Part shown: in pieces, positions 1-9,487 of the stretch
Layout of the letters: each line of letters begins with the position of its first letter
Position numbering within the stretch: position 1 is the stretch's first letter
NCBI GenBank assembly: GCA_964648105.1
Contig: CAZYMH010000002.1
Coordinates: 1 to 52,100 of the forward strand
Direction of reading: 5' to 3'
Length of the DNA: 52,100 nucleotides
From: an uncultured Candidatus Saccharibacteria bacterium
Lineage (GTDB): Bacteria > Patescibacteriota > Saccharimonadia > Saccharimonadales > 2-12-FULL-41-12
Notes under the pieces: generated by a model
Databases searched by the model: none
The model's input: only the letters and a program-made list of their open reading frames with translations
What the model was told of the DNA's origin: nothing
Position numbers and translations under genes: made by a program

Positions 1-1710
1 AACCTTGCTCTTTCGGTGGGCAGGATTCTCACCTGCCTTATGGTTACTCATTCCAACATTCTCACTTGATACCGCTCCACCAAACCTCGCAGTTTGACTT
101 CTACGCTGATATCAACGCTCCTCTACCACATCCCAGCATCACATTTCATAATGCTTATTTAATGTACTAATTGTACATTTCAAAATCTTCAGCATTATGA
201 AAACTGATGCTGGGACATCCATATCTTCGGTATTATGCTTAGCCCCGTTACATTTTCCGCGCAAGATCTCTTGACGAGTGAGCTGTTACGCACTCTTTAA
301 ATGAATGGCTGCTTCTAAGCCAACATCCTCGTTGTTTAAGAAATCTCACCTCGTTTCCCACTTAGCATAAATTTAGGGACCTTAGATGATGGTCTGGGCT
401 GTTTCCCTTTTGAGCGCCGATCTTCGCACCGACGTTCTAACTGCCGTAGTTCCACATGTAGTATTCGTAGTTTGTCAAGGGTGGGTACACTTGCGTGCCC
501 CAGTCCGAAACAGAGCTCTACCCCTACATGCTACCGTACGACGCTAGCCCTAAAGCTATTTCGAGGAGAACCAGCTATCTCCAGGTTCGATTGGCATTTC
601 ACCGCTAACCACAGGTCATCCAAGCGTTTTGCAACTCGCCCTGGTTCGGCCCTCCACGACGTTTTACCGTCGCTTCAGCCTGCCCATGGTTAGGTCACCT
701 GGTTTCGGGTCTACCATACATGATTCAAATCGCCCTATTCAGGCTCGCTTTCACTATGCGTCCGTCAGATGACTTACGCTTACCATGTACGGTAACTCGT
801 TGGATCGTTCTACAAAAAGCACCCCGTCACCCTGCATGAGACAAACCTGCGGTTTTTCTCATCGCTTCGCTGCTCTTTTCCCTAAAGCAGACAAATTTAT
901 CCGAAATAAATTCAGATAAATTTGAATTAAAATAATTCAAAACAATAAAAAAGACAGATTTACCTAATGCAAGGCTCCGAGTCCTTGTATGCACATAATT
1001 TCAGGTTCTATTTCACTCCCCTTCCGGGGTTCTTTTAACCTTTCCCTCGCGGTACTTGTTCTCTATCGATCATAAGATATATTTAGCCTTAGGAGGTGGT
1101 CCTCCTAGATTCAAACAGGGTTTCTCGTGTCCCGTCCTACTCGACACTAAAAGATATTAATAAATCAATATCTTTCTCAGCAAAAATGCTGACACAAATA
1201 TAAGGTTAGCGATACTTAATGTACTAGGCTTTCACTATCTATGGCCTGACTTTCCAGACAGTTCCACTCGCTTCGCTAATTTCTGACCTTATGCAGGATA
1301 ATGGTAGCTCCTGCCTCCAAAACGGAAACCTGGATAATTCCAGAACTCCGTCTTGACTGTTTGTGATGTCACAACTCTCTTTAAATATTCGTCTACCAAC
1401 TTATTTGCCTAAATTAATAGGCAAAAACTTAAAAAGTTTGGGCTATTCCAATTTCGCTCGCCACTACTCTCGGAATCGTTGTTTACTTTCTCTTCCTCAG
1501 GGTACTAAGATGTTTCAGTTCCCCTGGTTACCGCCTCATAATCTATGTATTCAATTATGGGTGCATAGGTATGAATCTATGCGGGTTTCCCCATTCGGAT
1601 ATCTACGGATCAAAGCTTGTTTGGCAGCTTCCCGCAGCTTTTCGCAGCCTACTACGTCCTTCTTCGGTATCTTATGTCAAGGCATTCATTATGTGCACTT
1701 GAGTAACTTT
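1..1710 (-). rRNA. rrl: 23S rRNA, 5' ~1.7 kb (gene runs off the window start)
   Basis: The reverse complement carries conserved 23S blocks: GGATGTTGGCTTAGAAGCAGCCAT (305-328), GACCCGAAACCAGGTGA (695-711) and GTACCGCGAGGGAAAGG (1039-1055). The 5' end ...CACATAATGAATGCCTTGAC lies at about 1680-1710. ORFs 472-693 and 1363-1737 lie inside it and are spurious. Confidence 0.93.
131..215 (-). other. 85-nt perfect-stem hairpin insertion (expansion segment) inside 23S
   Basis: Nested inverted repeats: tcccagcatca (131-141) pairs with tgatgctggga (205-215), tttcataatgct with agcattatgaaa, and aatgtac with gtacatt. Conserved 23S sequence flanks both sides. The position corresponds roughly to E. coli helix 45 (aligned from memory). 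Confidence 0.7.
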
Positions 1711-2067
1711 TTACGTTACAGAAAACAAAAATTATAAAAATTAATGTTTTCTTATGATTCTAAAAATAATTTAGAATTTGCATTGACTAGTTATTGGTAT
1801 TCACTAAATTTAATAAAATAATGAACTCAATAACAGATGTCGTTTATTTACTATAATCTTAAAATTCCTGGTTTTAAGATTATTTTTTTGTATCTGTATA
1901 TTCTACAGATACTATGTCAGCCAAATTTTTAAGTTGCAAAACTCAGTTGTCTGATTAAAGTACGTAAATTTACAGTACCCTAATTCAGTCCTCATAAAAT
2001 GCCGAGTTTACGTTTTGAAGCTTGCTAATCTTAGCTCCACGACCTAAACTCGAGAGACCTAGAAACA

Positions 2068-2096
2068 ATCATATCAATAATAACAGATTAGGTCAA
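2068..2096 (-). promoter_or_regulatory. Predicted sigma70-type promoter about 350 nt upstream of the 23S 5' end
   Basis: Minus strand reads TTGACC (2091-2096), a 17-nt spacer, then TATGAT (2068-2073). Confidence 0.4.
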
Positions 2097-2159
2097 GCAT
2101 ATTATGGTGTCAAAAAAACTACATATCGATAAGAGATTGGCAATACCAAAAACAGCTAT

Positions 2160-2948
2160 TTATGAATGCATGGCACTAATATAGGCCACCCATGCTTCAT
2201 CACTAACTTTACTGGCCGATCTAATCGTAATTAACAGGTTGCCCTTTATAAAAATCAAGCTCTGAACTCCTTTTACAGACTGTCCACTATAAACATTGAC
2301 TCCGTCTACTTGAATTAAGTTGGTTTGGTTATTAGATTTAGCAGTTTTTTCCAGTTCATTAGCTTGGTTGTTTTTTAGATTATCTGGTATTTCTTGTTGT
2401 GTGACATTAATCTGAACACCAGCAATAGAGTCAATATAAGTATAGGCGGCTGGTTGGTTAGGTGGGCTAATTTTTACTATTTTACCAATATTTTCGCTGT
2501 TTTTACTGCCGGGGTATAATATTTTGAAAGTCGGTTTTTCTTCATAAAGATCCGTGGTTTTTGAATCACTATTTTTTATAGCGACACCTGTAGACTTTGA
2601 AGATCTTTTACTAAAAAACACAAATGCAGTGGTGGATATAACGATTAAAGCAATCACCACAACTATAACCAAGGCCTTTCTGCTTAACCTAAGTCTCGAT
2701 ATTTTTTTAGAAACTCCAGTGCGTATTTTTTTTATTCTGTCGAACTGCACTTTAGGCAAAGAGAGCTTAACGTTAAGCTCAATATTTTTGTCATTTTTAC
2801 CAGTATCAAAAGAAGAGCTTTTTTGAGAAGTTTGATTAGATTTTGCTAGATCTCGCCATTCTTCATCATCGTCAAGCCAATTATCAAAACTACCTACTTT
2901 TTGATTAGTGTACTGTTTTTTCTTTGATGATCTGGGTCTAAATTCCAT
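2160..2948 (-). CDS. Hypothetical single-pass membrane protein (262 aa)
   Basis: Long ORF starting 16 nt downstream of the giant gene's stop on the same strand. One TM helix (ALVIVVVIALIVISTTAFVFF) follows a charged N-terminus. No recognisable family. Confidence 0.6.
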   Translation of the reverse strand: MEFRPRSSKKKQYTNQKVGSFDNWLDDDEEWRDLAKSNQTSQKSSSFDTGKNDKNIELNVKLSLPKVQFDRIKKIRTGVSKKISRLRLSRKALVIVVVIALIVISTTAFVFFSKRSSKSTGVAIKNSDSKTTDLYEEKPTFKILYPGSKNSENIGKIVKISPPNQPAAYTYIDSIAGVQINVTQQEIPDNLKNNQANELEKTAKSNNQTNLIQVDGVNVYSGQSVKGVQSLIFIKGNLLITIRSASKVSDEAWVAYISAMHS

Positions 2949-2964
2949 AATACTTTTTTAAGTG

Positions 2965-5900
2965 TTAAAATGGCGTATCTAATGGCTGTTGCTCACCGCC
3001 CGTGAATGTTTTGCCGTGTCGCATGCGTTTAGAAGGGTCAGCCGTGAAAAATAATGATAAGTCACTGATAGTTGGGCCACGATTAACATCTTCAGGATAA
3101 CCAAAAGTTTGCGAAGCATCAATGCTTATAGAGAAATAAAAGTATCTGGCACAATTAATATTACCACCGCTAGTATTTTTTGGAGTATACGTACCTGGAG
3201 TACCTAAAGTTACAGGTCCATAATCAGTTTCCTGGCCCCATGTAGTCATAACAGGCATCGTACTAGATGTACCACAGTCTTCATTTGGATTTTGTTGAGA
3301 AGCACCATCGGAAATATCATGCATACTCCGATATTTTAGGTACCATCTAGCACCAACTGAGTTATCAAGACCATTGAGTAACCACTTCGTCGGGAACACG
3401 TCGGTATCGGTATCTATCATTCGAGAATATTTAGCTAGTTGAGGTTGAGATTTAAGAGACCAATAAGTGTGGCGAGCCGAAGTCAGGCTGTATGCCTGAG
3501 CTGAACCAATGGTTTTTGTTTTGCTAACAACTATTGAGTTAGTGGCATTAACACTCACCACTGTCGCAGTTGAAGCATCGGCATAGGTTATGGTTGCTCC
3601 TATGTAGTTATCGGTCCAGTTTGTGCCAGTACCAGTTACTGTTGTACCAGACTGAGTAATTGTGCCAGTATTATAGGTGCCAGCTTGGGGAGACGTACAA
3701 CCACCTCCCATTGTATACATTTTACCCTTATCATAAGCCAGTGCTACCCCATATCTTCCACCAGCATATCTAACGTTAGTTTCGTACCAGTCACCAACTC
3801 CCGTAGGGTCATTACCGCTAGCAATGGTTGTATTCGCACTAATCGGGGCGATTGTGATTTTAGGAGAACATGTGGCTGTACCTGAACGACCACCAACGAT
3901 ATAAATATAACCGTTGGCAGCAAAACTCTCAGCTTCTGATATAGATCCAGGTAAACTAGTCGTGAAAATCCAGGCATTTATTGATCCATCTATTATAGTA
4001 AAACTTGTACCAGCTGGAACTGATTTACTGGCATTGACTGTAATAGTAGATGCATTTGTGTAACCTGTGACCTGTGCCGTAGATCCGTCGTGTCTATACT
4101 GGATTGTGCTGCCTACCATCTCCGAATTAAACGATGTGCCACTACCAGTTACTGTTGTACCCGTTTGTGAGATTGTGCCAGTTTTGTAACCAATCGAAGC
4201 AAACTGAACATCACTAAGATAATTTGTTCCATTATTTCCACCTACCAAGTAAAGGTTGTTAGCATATGCCGTCAGGGTTGCCCCATAACGAGCTACGTCG
4301 GGGACATCAGTATCTTGACGCCAGCTATCTGCAGCGATATTTCCACCAGTTGGCAAAAGTGACGTGAAATAAACTGTGTTAGTTTGGTTACCACTACCAT
4401 CTTTGCCGGCAACAACATATATTCTATTATTCCAGACTGCTGCCCCAAACTTTGTCCTAGCTTGTGCCGCACCAGACGAGGTATCCCCAATACCACCGCT
4501 AGCCGTCGACCAAGCAGCCGAGATATTACCCCCACTAAAAGTACTGGTATAGTAAATAGTTGACTGAGCGGTTCCAGCATTATTTTGACCGCCTAAATAG
4601 TACAATGTTCCACCAATTGTCAACAATTTACCCCATGCTCTACCTGCTGGCAATGCATTGGTTGTACTAGACCATGTTCCGATTGACCCATCATTACTAC
4701 TAATCGGAGCATACTGAATATCATTAGTAGTATTTGTACAATCTGTGGCACTTATACAGCCACCAGCAACATAAATGTAGCCATTTAAGACTACGGCACT
4801 TGCCCCCCATCTATCCGTATTAGCCGCAAAAGTATCATCGCTCGCATTATTTATCTCCCTGACCGCACCACTGTCGTTATTATACATCTGAAAAGTCTGT
4901 ATAGAGTTGGTTCGGCTAGAGCATGAGCTTGGAGCAGCACCCGAAGTACAACCACCTATTACATAAGCATAAGAGTTTGAGACTGGAACAGTTAGCCCCC
5001 AGCGTTTGTTAATACTAACCGAAGAAGATTTAAATGGAGCAATATCACCAGTACTAACGTCTATCTTTGCAAACTCAATATCAGCCAGAGCATCAGTACC
5101 ATCGTAACCACCAGTGACGTATAAATACCCGTTATAGCCATATCCAGCTCCACGCCGACGACCAACCAATATCTCATAGCTAGCAAGTTTCCAGCTTGAG
5201 CTACCTGGCACTGCTACAATGTTATTATTATCGTCAAATTTAGCATAATAAACAGTGGTAAGGTCAGTAATTCCAGGAGCTAAACCTCCCATAATATATA
5301 TATAGTTGGCATATACCGTACCCGCAAAAGCGGCAATTCCTGCACTTGTGGCAGTTGCCCCACCACCCGCAGGTGTATAGATTTTACCAATCTGAAGCTG
5401 ATTTGAAGTTGTACACCCAGAAGGAACACCAGCGGTATTTAAATTACACTTATAAACAGCACCCGTATAAGTACTACAACCAATTCCACCATTGCTTGTA
5501 CAGCCACCAAAGATGTAAAGATTGCCGGGTATACTTCCGGCTGAATTAGGGTTAGCACGAGAATAAGCAAAAGTATACGACATAGTTTCAGCTACACCAA
5601 TTGTTGTCATGTCAACATTACTCCAGGTACCCAAACTTCCATCAGGATTAGAGGTAATATAAGAAATATTAGAGATATTTGGAAAACCACCTATTACATA
5701 TATTTTATTACCAAACGTGGTAACTCCGGGGGCTCCTAGAGCGTTAGGTAAACTTATTGGTGCATCACAATATGAACTCATATAAGTTCCGCTACAGCTG
5801 GCTGGTTTTTGAAGCGTGCCATCGCTACCAATAGACTGATAAACTATACCATTTGAGTAGCTAGTACAAGCATTGTTTCTACAGCCACCCATAATATACA

Positions 5901-8900
5901 AATATCCATTTATTATTACAGAAACATTTAGCATATTTCCAACAGCACTACTAGATAAGTCGCAACTATACGGGTCGGAACCTGTACAAGGCGATGTACC
6001 ACTGGGTGCTGAAGTGGCTACAGTACTTGCTTCACCGGTTGCATTAACCACTCCGTATGTTACATCTATTGCTGTATCGGTACATATTCCGGTTACTGAA
6101 TCTTGCGACCGACAGCCACCTAACCTGTATATACCACCCTGCCAAGCAATCGCCGTATAAGCGAAACGATCATTAGATAGACCAATTATTGTGTTCCATT
6201 CCGACAGACTACCATCAGCATTTATACTAGCCAACTGAACATCACTAGATATAGAGGTACAATAGCCACTAGCATTCATAGTATTACAACCTCCAATTGC
6301 ATATATATACCCTCCCCAAATAGTGGTATAGCTACCACCCAAAGACAGTTTTCCTCCATTCAATAGACTGCTGGCATTAACCCAAGAATTCATTGTTCCA
6401 TCACTATTTAGCTTAGAATATTCAACCGTAGATACGGGCGTACCGCCAAAGCTTGCACTACCACCAATCGCGTACATAGCATCGTTATATACCTGCAGAG
6501 TTATACCATATCGAGCAGATGTTAAAGCAGTCATTCCACTGGATGACCAAGTAGTTAGCGTACCTGTAGGATTTATGTTAGCTGACTGGACAGTATTTGT
6601 GCTTAAAACCGTATTAACACCCGACAACCCACCCACTATATACATTTTATTATTGTAAGCTGCAGCCCCAAAGTAACTTCTAGCATTAGACAGCGAGGTA
6701 TCCGTATACCAATACACAGGAGTCCCTCCAGAAGGATGCCATAACTGTGGTTCACCTTTGGCACCTAGTTTAGCAATATAGACATTAGTCTGCGGTGTAC
6801 CGCTGCTATTTGACCCACCAATCGCGTACAAAAATCCATTATAAGCAATTAGTGAAAGTCCAGTTAATGCTGTCGGTAAATTATAGACAGAATTATTGCA
6901 CCAACCACCACATGAACCATTTCCTGGGTTGGGACTAGAAATAGCATTAGTGCCAGAGTCGAACTGTGCCCAAGATACTTGATTAGTAGTAGAACCTGGG
7001 GTTGTATAAAATATAATAACTTTGCCATCAGCACCACTGGTAGCATTAGCTGCATTAGTGCCACCGTTACCTCCAATGCCAGCTGTACCTCTATCGGCAT
7101 CTCCTAAGTTACCCGGGTTCACACCAGACCCGGCTGTATTTACTTGAGACGTACCACTAATTAATGAGCTACCGCCACCGCCACCACCAGAACCTCTGTT
7201 GGCAGCTCCACCAGCATTACCGCCAGAACCACCACCATAATTACCACCGCCACCGCCACCAGCACCAGAACAAGTAGTGTTGTAGGTACCACCGGCACCA
7301 CCGCCACCAGTACCTGCAGCACCTCCAGTGCCTGTCCTTACAGTGTTACATGCAGCTCCAATTGAAGGTGCATTTCCACCCGCATTAGACGCACCAGCTA
7401 CACCTACAGCACCGCCAGTACCAGCATTACCACGAGTTCCACCTGCGGACGCAGTTCCACCGCCACCGCCACCACCTTGACTTCCAGAACTACCACCTAC
7501 TCCATTAGTACCACCACCGGCACCACCGGCACCACCGTTAGAAGTTCCACGAGATCCGCCACCGCCACCGCCACCGCCGGCTTGAGCTAGGAATGTAGTG
7601 CTACGCTTGATAGCACTATAGCCACCACCATCTCCACCTTGACTATTGGCTGTAGAGTCTTGACCACCAGATCCAATTTCAATATTCAAAGATTCGCCAG
7701 GCGTAACACTTAACACCGAAGAGACGTAGCCACCGCCACCGCCAGGTCGACCAGATCCACTACCACCACTGCCGGCACCACCGCCACCGCCACCGCCCCA
7801 AACTTTAACTGTTACAAAATTTACTCCCGCCGGAACCACGTAAGTGTCAGTACCCGCCACTGAGTAACTCACAGAATTTGTAGTCGGTGAACCAACTCCT
7901 CCAGCAGAATATATAAAACCACCAGCAACAGCTGTACCTTGACCGTAGACAGCTGAAGTTAGGCTGGTCGTACTAGACCAAGCATCAATCCTAGCACCAG
8001 TAGTTTGACTCTTTTGAATAAGCTCATTGTTCACATCAAAATCAATATTGGTCTCATTATTGCCTCTCATTAATTTACGAGCAGATTCAATATAGACACT
8101 AGGATCAACACTTAACGGATAGTTAGCTTTATCTAAATCTACGACTTTGACCGTCAGTTTATTGCCCGAAAGTTCATACTTAGAAGTCGCCTTACTTACT
8201 TTTTTGTATGGTTCCACCACAGTCGGCTTTGGAATTACAAAAAGTAAGTTATTTTTTTGATTGTTTTGTCGAGCTTTATCTAACAACTGAGCATCTTGAT
8301 CGTTTGCGGTCGACACATTTCCTAGTAAAGACGAAGACACCCCATAAATACCAACTGAGCCGTCTTTCTCTAGCCTAGCTTCTGTACCCGACGAAAGTAC
8401 TAGCTCATAACTAAAGGTTAGACTTTTACCTTGATACTTGCTCAGCAAAATATCTTCCTTTACTCCAATTCCGCGCATCGTATAGACAGCCGTAGCATCT
8501 AAATTCCTAAAAGGATAGATTATCCTATCGTTATCTTTTTTTGGCTCTGCCAGAGAGTCAAGTGGCTTCATGTCCAATTTTGTCTTAGTCATTGGGTCGG
8601 TCACTGATAGCGTTTTATTATCTCCACTACCAAGCTGAGCTATAATTTTAGGACTGCTATCATCACCGCTAATTTCAGCTGGGGTTGGAGTATACTCACT
8701 ATTAAAGTTATAGTTTCTCGATTTTGAATCATATTGTAATTTAGCCCCATAACTATTTACTGATTTTGGCAGCAAATTATAGCCAGTTCTAGAAATATCG
8801 TATCTATCTTCAATCTTTCTAGCTTCATAAATCGGTATAAGTATGCTCGAAACTATCAGCAAGACCATTGCCAGTGCCACTATCCTGAACGGCATTGGCA

Positions 8901-9156
8901 CATGTTTTAAAAAACGCTTAATCTGCTTACTTCTTTTAAAGTTTAAGCTATTTTTAAGACTAAATCTTTTCTTTCTTGGAAGTGTTTTTTTAGAAACGTC
9001 AATAGAGCCACCAGAAGAAAATTGGACATTAAAATTATCTCGCCTATAAGAACTCCCGTTTTGGTTTGAAAAATCGTAATTTTTTCTTTTGTATTTAAAT
9101 CCATCCATCAGACATTTAATCTTAACTCTAATGCTTACAATTATATCAGTTTTCAT
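2965..9156 (-). CDS. Giant membrane-anchored surface protein (2063 aa) with a glycine-rich (ALK/Gly_rich-like) domain and about 17 Kelch-like repeats
   Basis: Uninterrupted 6.2-kb ORF with an N-terminal TM (FRIVALAMVLLIVSSILIPIY). Contains YVVPAGVNFVTVKVWGGGGGGG...GGGGYVSSVLSVTPGESLNIEIGSGG...DGKVIIFY. Then 17 repeats of hydrophobic-Y-x-x-GG (YAIGG, YIVGG, YIMGG, YVIGG...). The true start may be M17 (9108), because a terminator and an extended -10 lie at 9140-9204. Confidence 0.85.
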   Translation of the reverse strand: MKTDIIVSIRVKIKCLMDGFKYKRKNYDFSNQNGSSYRRDNFNVQFSSGGSIDVSKKTLPRKKRFSLKNSLNFKRSKQIKRFLKHVPMPFRIVALAMVLLIVSSILIPIYEARKIEDRYDISRTGYNLLPKSVNSYGAKLQYDSKSRNYNFNSEYTPTPAEISGDDSSPKIIAQLGSGDNKTLSVTDPMTKTKLDMKPLDSLAEPKKDNDRIIYPFRNLDATAVYTMRGIGVKEDILLSKYQGKSLTFSYELVLSSGTEARLEKDGSVGIYGVSSSLLGNVSTANDQDAQLLDKARQNNQKNNLLFVIPKPTVVEPYKKVSKATSKYELSGNKLTVKVVDLDKANYPLSVDPSVYIESARKLMRGNNETNIDFDVNNELIQKSQTTGARIDAWSSTTSLTSAVYGQGTAVAGGFIYSAGGVGSPTTNSVSYSVAGTDTYVVPAGVNFVTVKVWGGGGGGGAGSGGSGSGRPGGGGGYVSSVLSVTPGESLNIEIGSGGQDSTANSQGGDGGGYSAIKRSTTFLAQAGGGGGGGGSRGTSNGGAGGAGGGTNGVGGSSGSQGGGGGGGTASAGGTRGNAGTGGAVGVAGASNAGGNAPSIGAACNTVRTGTGGAAGTGGGGAGGTYNTTCSGAGGGGGGNYGGGSGGNAGGAANRGSGGGGGGSSLISGTSQVNTAGSGVNPGNLGDADRGTAGIGGNGGTNAANATSGADGKVIIFYTTPGSTTNQVSWAQFDSGTNAISSPNPGNGSCGGWCNNSVYNLPTALTGLSLIAYNGFLYAIGGSNSSGTPQTNVYIAKLGAKGEPQLWHPSGGTPVYWYTDTSLSNARSYFGAAAYNNKMYIVGGLSGVNTVLSTNTVQSANINPTGTLTTWSSSGMTALTSARYGITLQVYNDAMYAIGGSASFGGTPVSTVEYSKLNSDGTMNSWVNASSLLNGGKLSLGGSYTTIWGGYIYAIGGCNTMNASGYCTSISSDVQLASINADGSLSEWNTIIGLSNDRFAYTAIAWQGGIYRLGGCRSQDSVTGICTDTAIDVTYGVVNATGEASTVATSAPSGTSPCTGSDPYSCDLSSSAVGNMLNVSVIINGYLYIMGGCRNNACTSYSNGIVYQSIGSDGTLQKPASCSGTYMSSYCDAPISLPNALGAPGVTTFGNKIYVIGGFPNISNISYITSNPDGSLGTWSNVDMTTIGVAETMSYTFAYSRANPNSAGSIPGNLYIFGGCTSNGGIGCSTYTGAVYKCNLNTAGVPSGCTTSNQLQIGKIYTPAGGGATATSAGIAAFAGTVYANYIYIMGGLAPGITDLTTVYYAKFDDNNNIVAVPGSSSWKLASYEILVGRRRGAGYGYNGYLYVTGGYDGTDALADIEFAKIDVSTGDIAPFKSSSVSINKRWGLTVPVSNSYAYVIGGCTSGAAPSSCSSRTNSIQTFQMYNNDSGAVREINNASDDTFAANTDRWGASAVVLNGYIYVAGGCISATDCTNTTNDIQYAPISSNDGSIGTWSSTTNALPAGRAWGKLLTIGGTLYYLGGQNNAGTAQSTIYYTSTFSGGNISAAWSTASGGIGDTSSGAAQARTKFGAAVWNNRIYVVAGKDGSGNQTNTVYFTSLLPTGGNIAADSWRQDTDVPDVARYGATLTAYANNLYLVGGNNGTNYLSDVQFASIGYKTGTISQTGTTVTGSGTSFNSEMVGSTIQYRHDGSTAQVTGYTNASTITVNASKSVPAGTSFTIIDGSINAWIFTTSLPGSISEAESFAANGYIYIVGGRSGTATCSPKITIAPISANTTIASGNDPTGVGDWYETNVRYAGGRYGVALAYDKGKMYTMGGGCTSPQAGTYNTGTITQSGTTVTGTGTNWTDNYIGATITYADASTATVVSVNATNSIVVSKTKTIGSAQAYSLTSARHTYWSLKSQPQLAKYSRMIDTDTDVFPTKWLLNGLDNSVGARWYLKYRSMHDISDGASQQNPNEDCGTSSTMPVMTTWGQETDYGPVTLGTPGTYTPKNTSGGNINCARYFYFSISIDASQTFGYPEDVNRGPTISDLSLFFTADPSKRMRHGKTFTGGEQQPLDTPF
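7005..7860 (-). repeat. GC-rich low-complexity glycine-codon tract (GGN runs) inside the giant CDS
   Basis: Plus strand shows long runs of ccaccgccaccaccagaacc-type sequence. The translation is poly-G/GA/GS/GT blocks. It is coding sequence, not an array. Confidence 0.8.
9140..9148 (-). promoter_or_regulatory. Extended -10 element (TGaTATAAT) for the 2063-aa gene
   Basis: Minus strand reads cTGATATAATtg, immediately downstream of the 9161-9204 terminator and about 35 nt upstream of the M17 ATG (9108). Confidence 0.4.
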
Positions 9157-9160
9157 GCCC

Positions 9161-9204
9161 TAAAAAAATAGTTCTCATAGGCTAGAAATAAGCTTATGAG
9201 AACT
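9161..9204 (-). terminator. Rho-independent terminator between the two giant genes
   Basis: Minus strand: agttctcata..(loop)..tatgagaact, an approximately 10-13 bp stem, followed by attttttt. Confidence 0.6.
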
Positions 9205-9487
9205 ATGGATGGTCTACTATCAAATTCTTCAAAATATAGTTAATATTTGAAAATTTGTTTTTCAGTTTTTGTTTGAGAATAACCGCAAAATTATCGAAAC
9301 ATAGACTTGAAATTTATACGTCTTTATACTCACCAAACCGCAAAAAGGTGGTAATTTTACATATTACTTTCGGTAGTGCCAAGCCTTCAAGAGATGTAAA
9401 GACTTGGCGTACTCGGCGGCGAGAGGCCGCCGAAACTATGTACCAGAATTATTTTTTTGTGCTGAATAAAAAATGTGTTCATATCAA

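Noticed and set aside
472-1737. Plus-strand ORFs 472-693 and 1363-1737
   Set aside because: They lie entirely inside conserved 23S rRNA sequence on the opposite strand and are translation artefacts of a structural RNA.
1853-1896. Plus-strand hairpin with a T-run (aatcttaaaa...ttttaagatt tttttt) considered as a terminator
   Set aside because: No plus-strand gene lies upstream, since that region is antisense to 23S. It is more likely part of the structured 23S leader, so it is not called.
7005-7860. Repetitive GC-rich tract considered as a CRISPR array or tandem-repeat locus
   Set aside because: It has no repeat-spacer periodicity. It is in frame within the giant CDS and translates to glycine-rich domain sequence.
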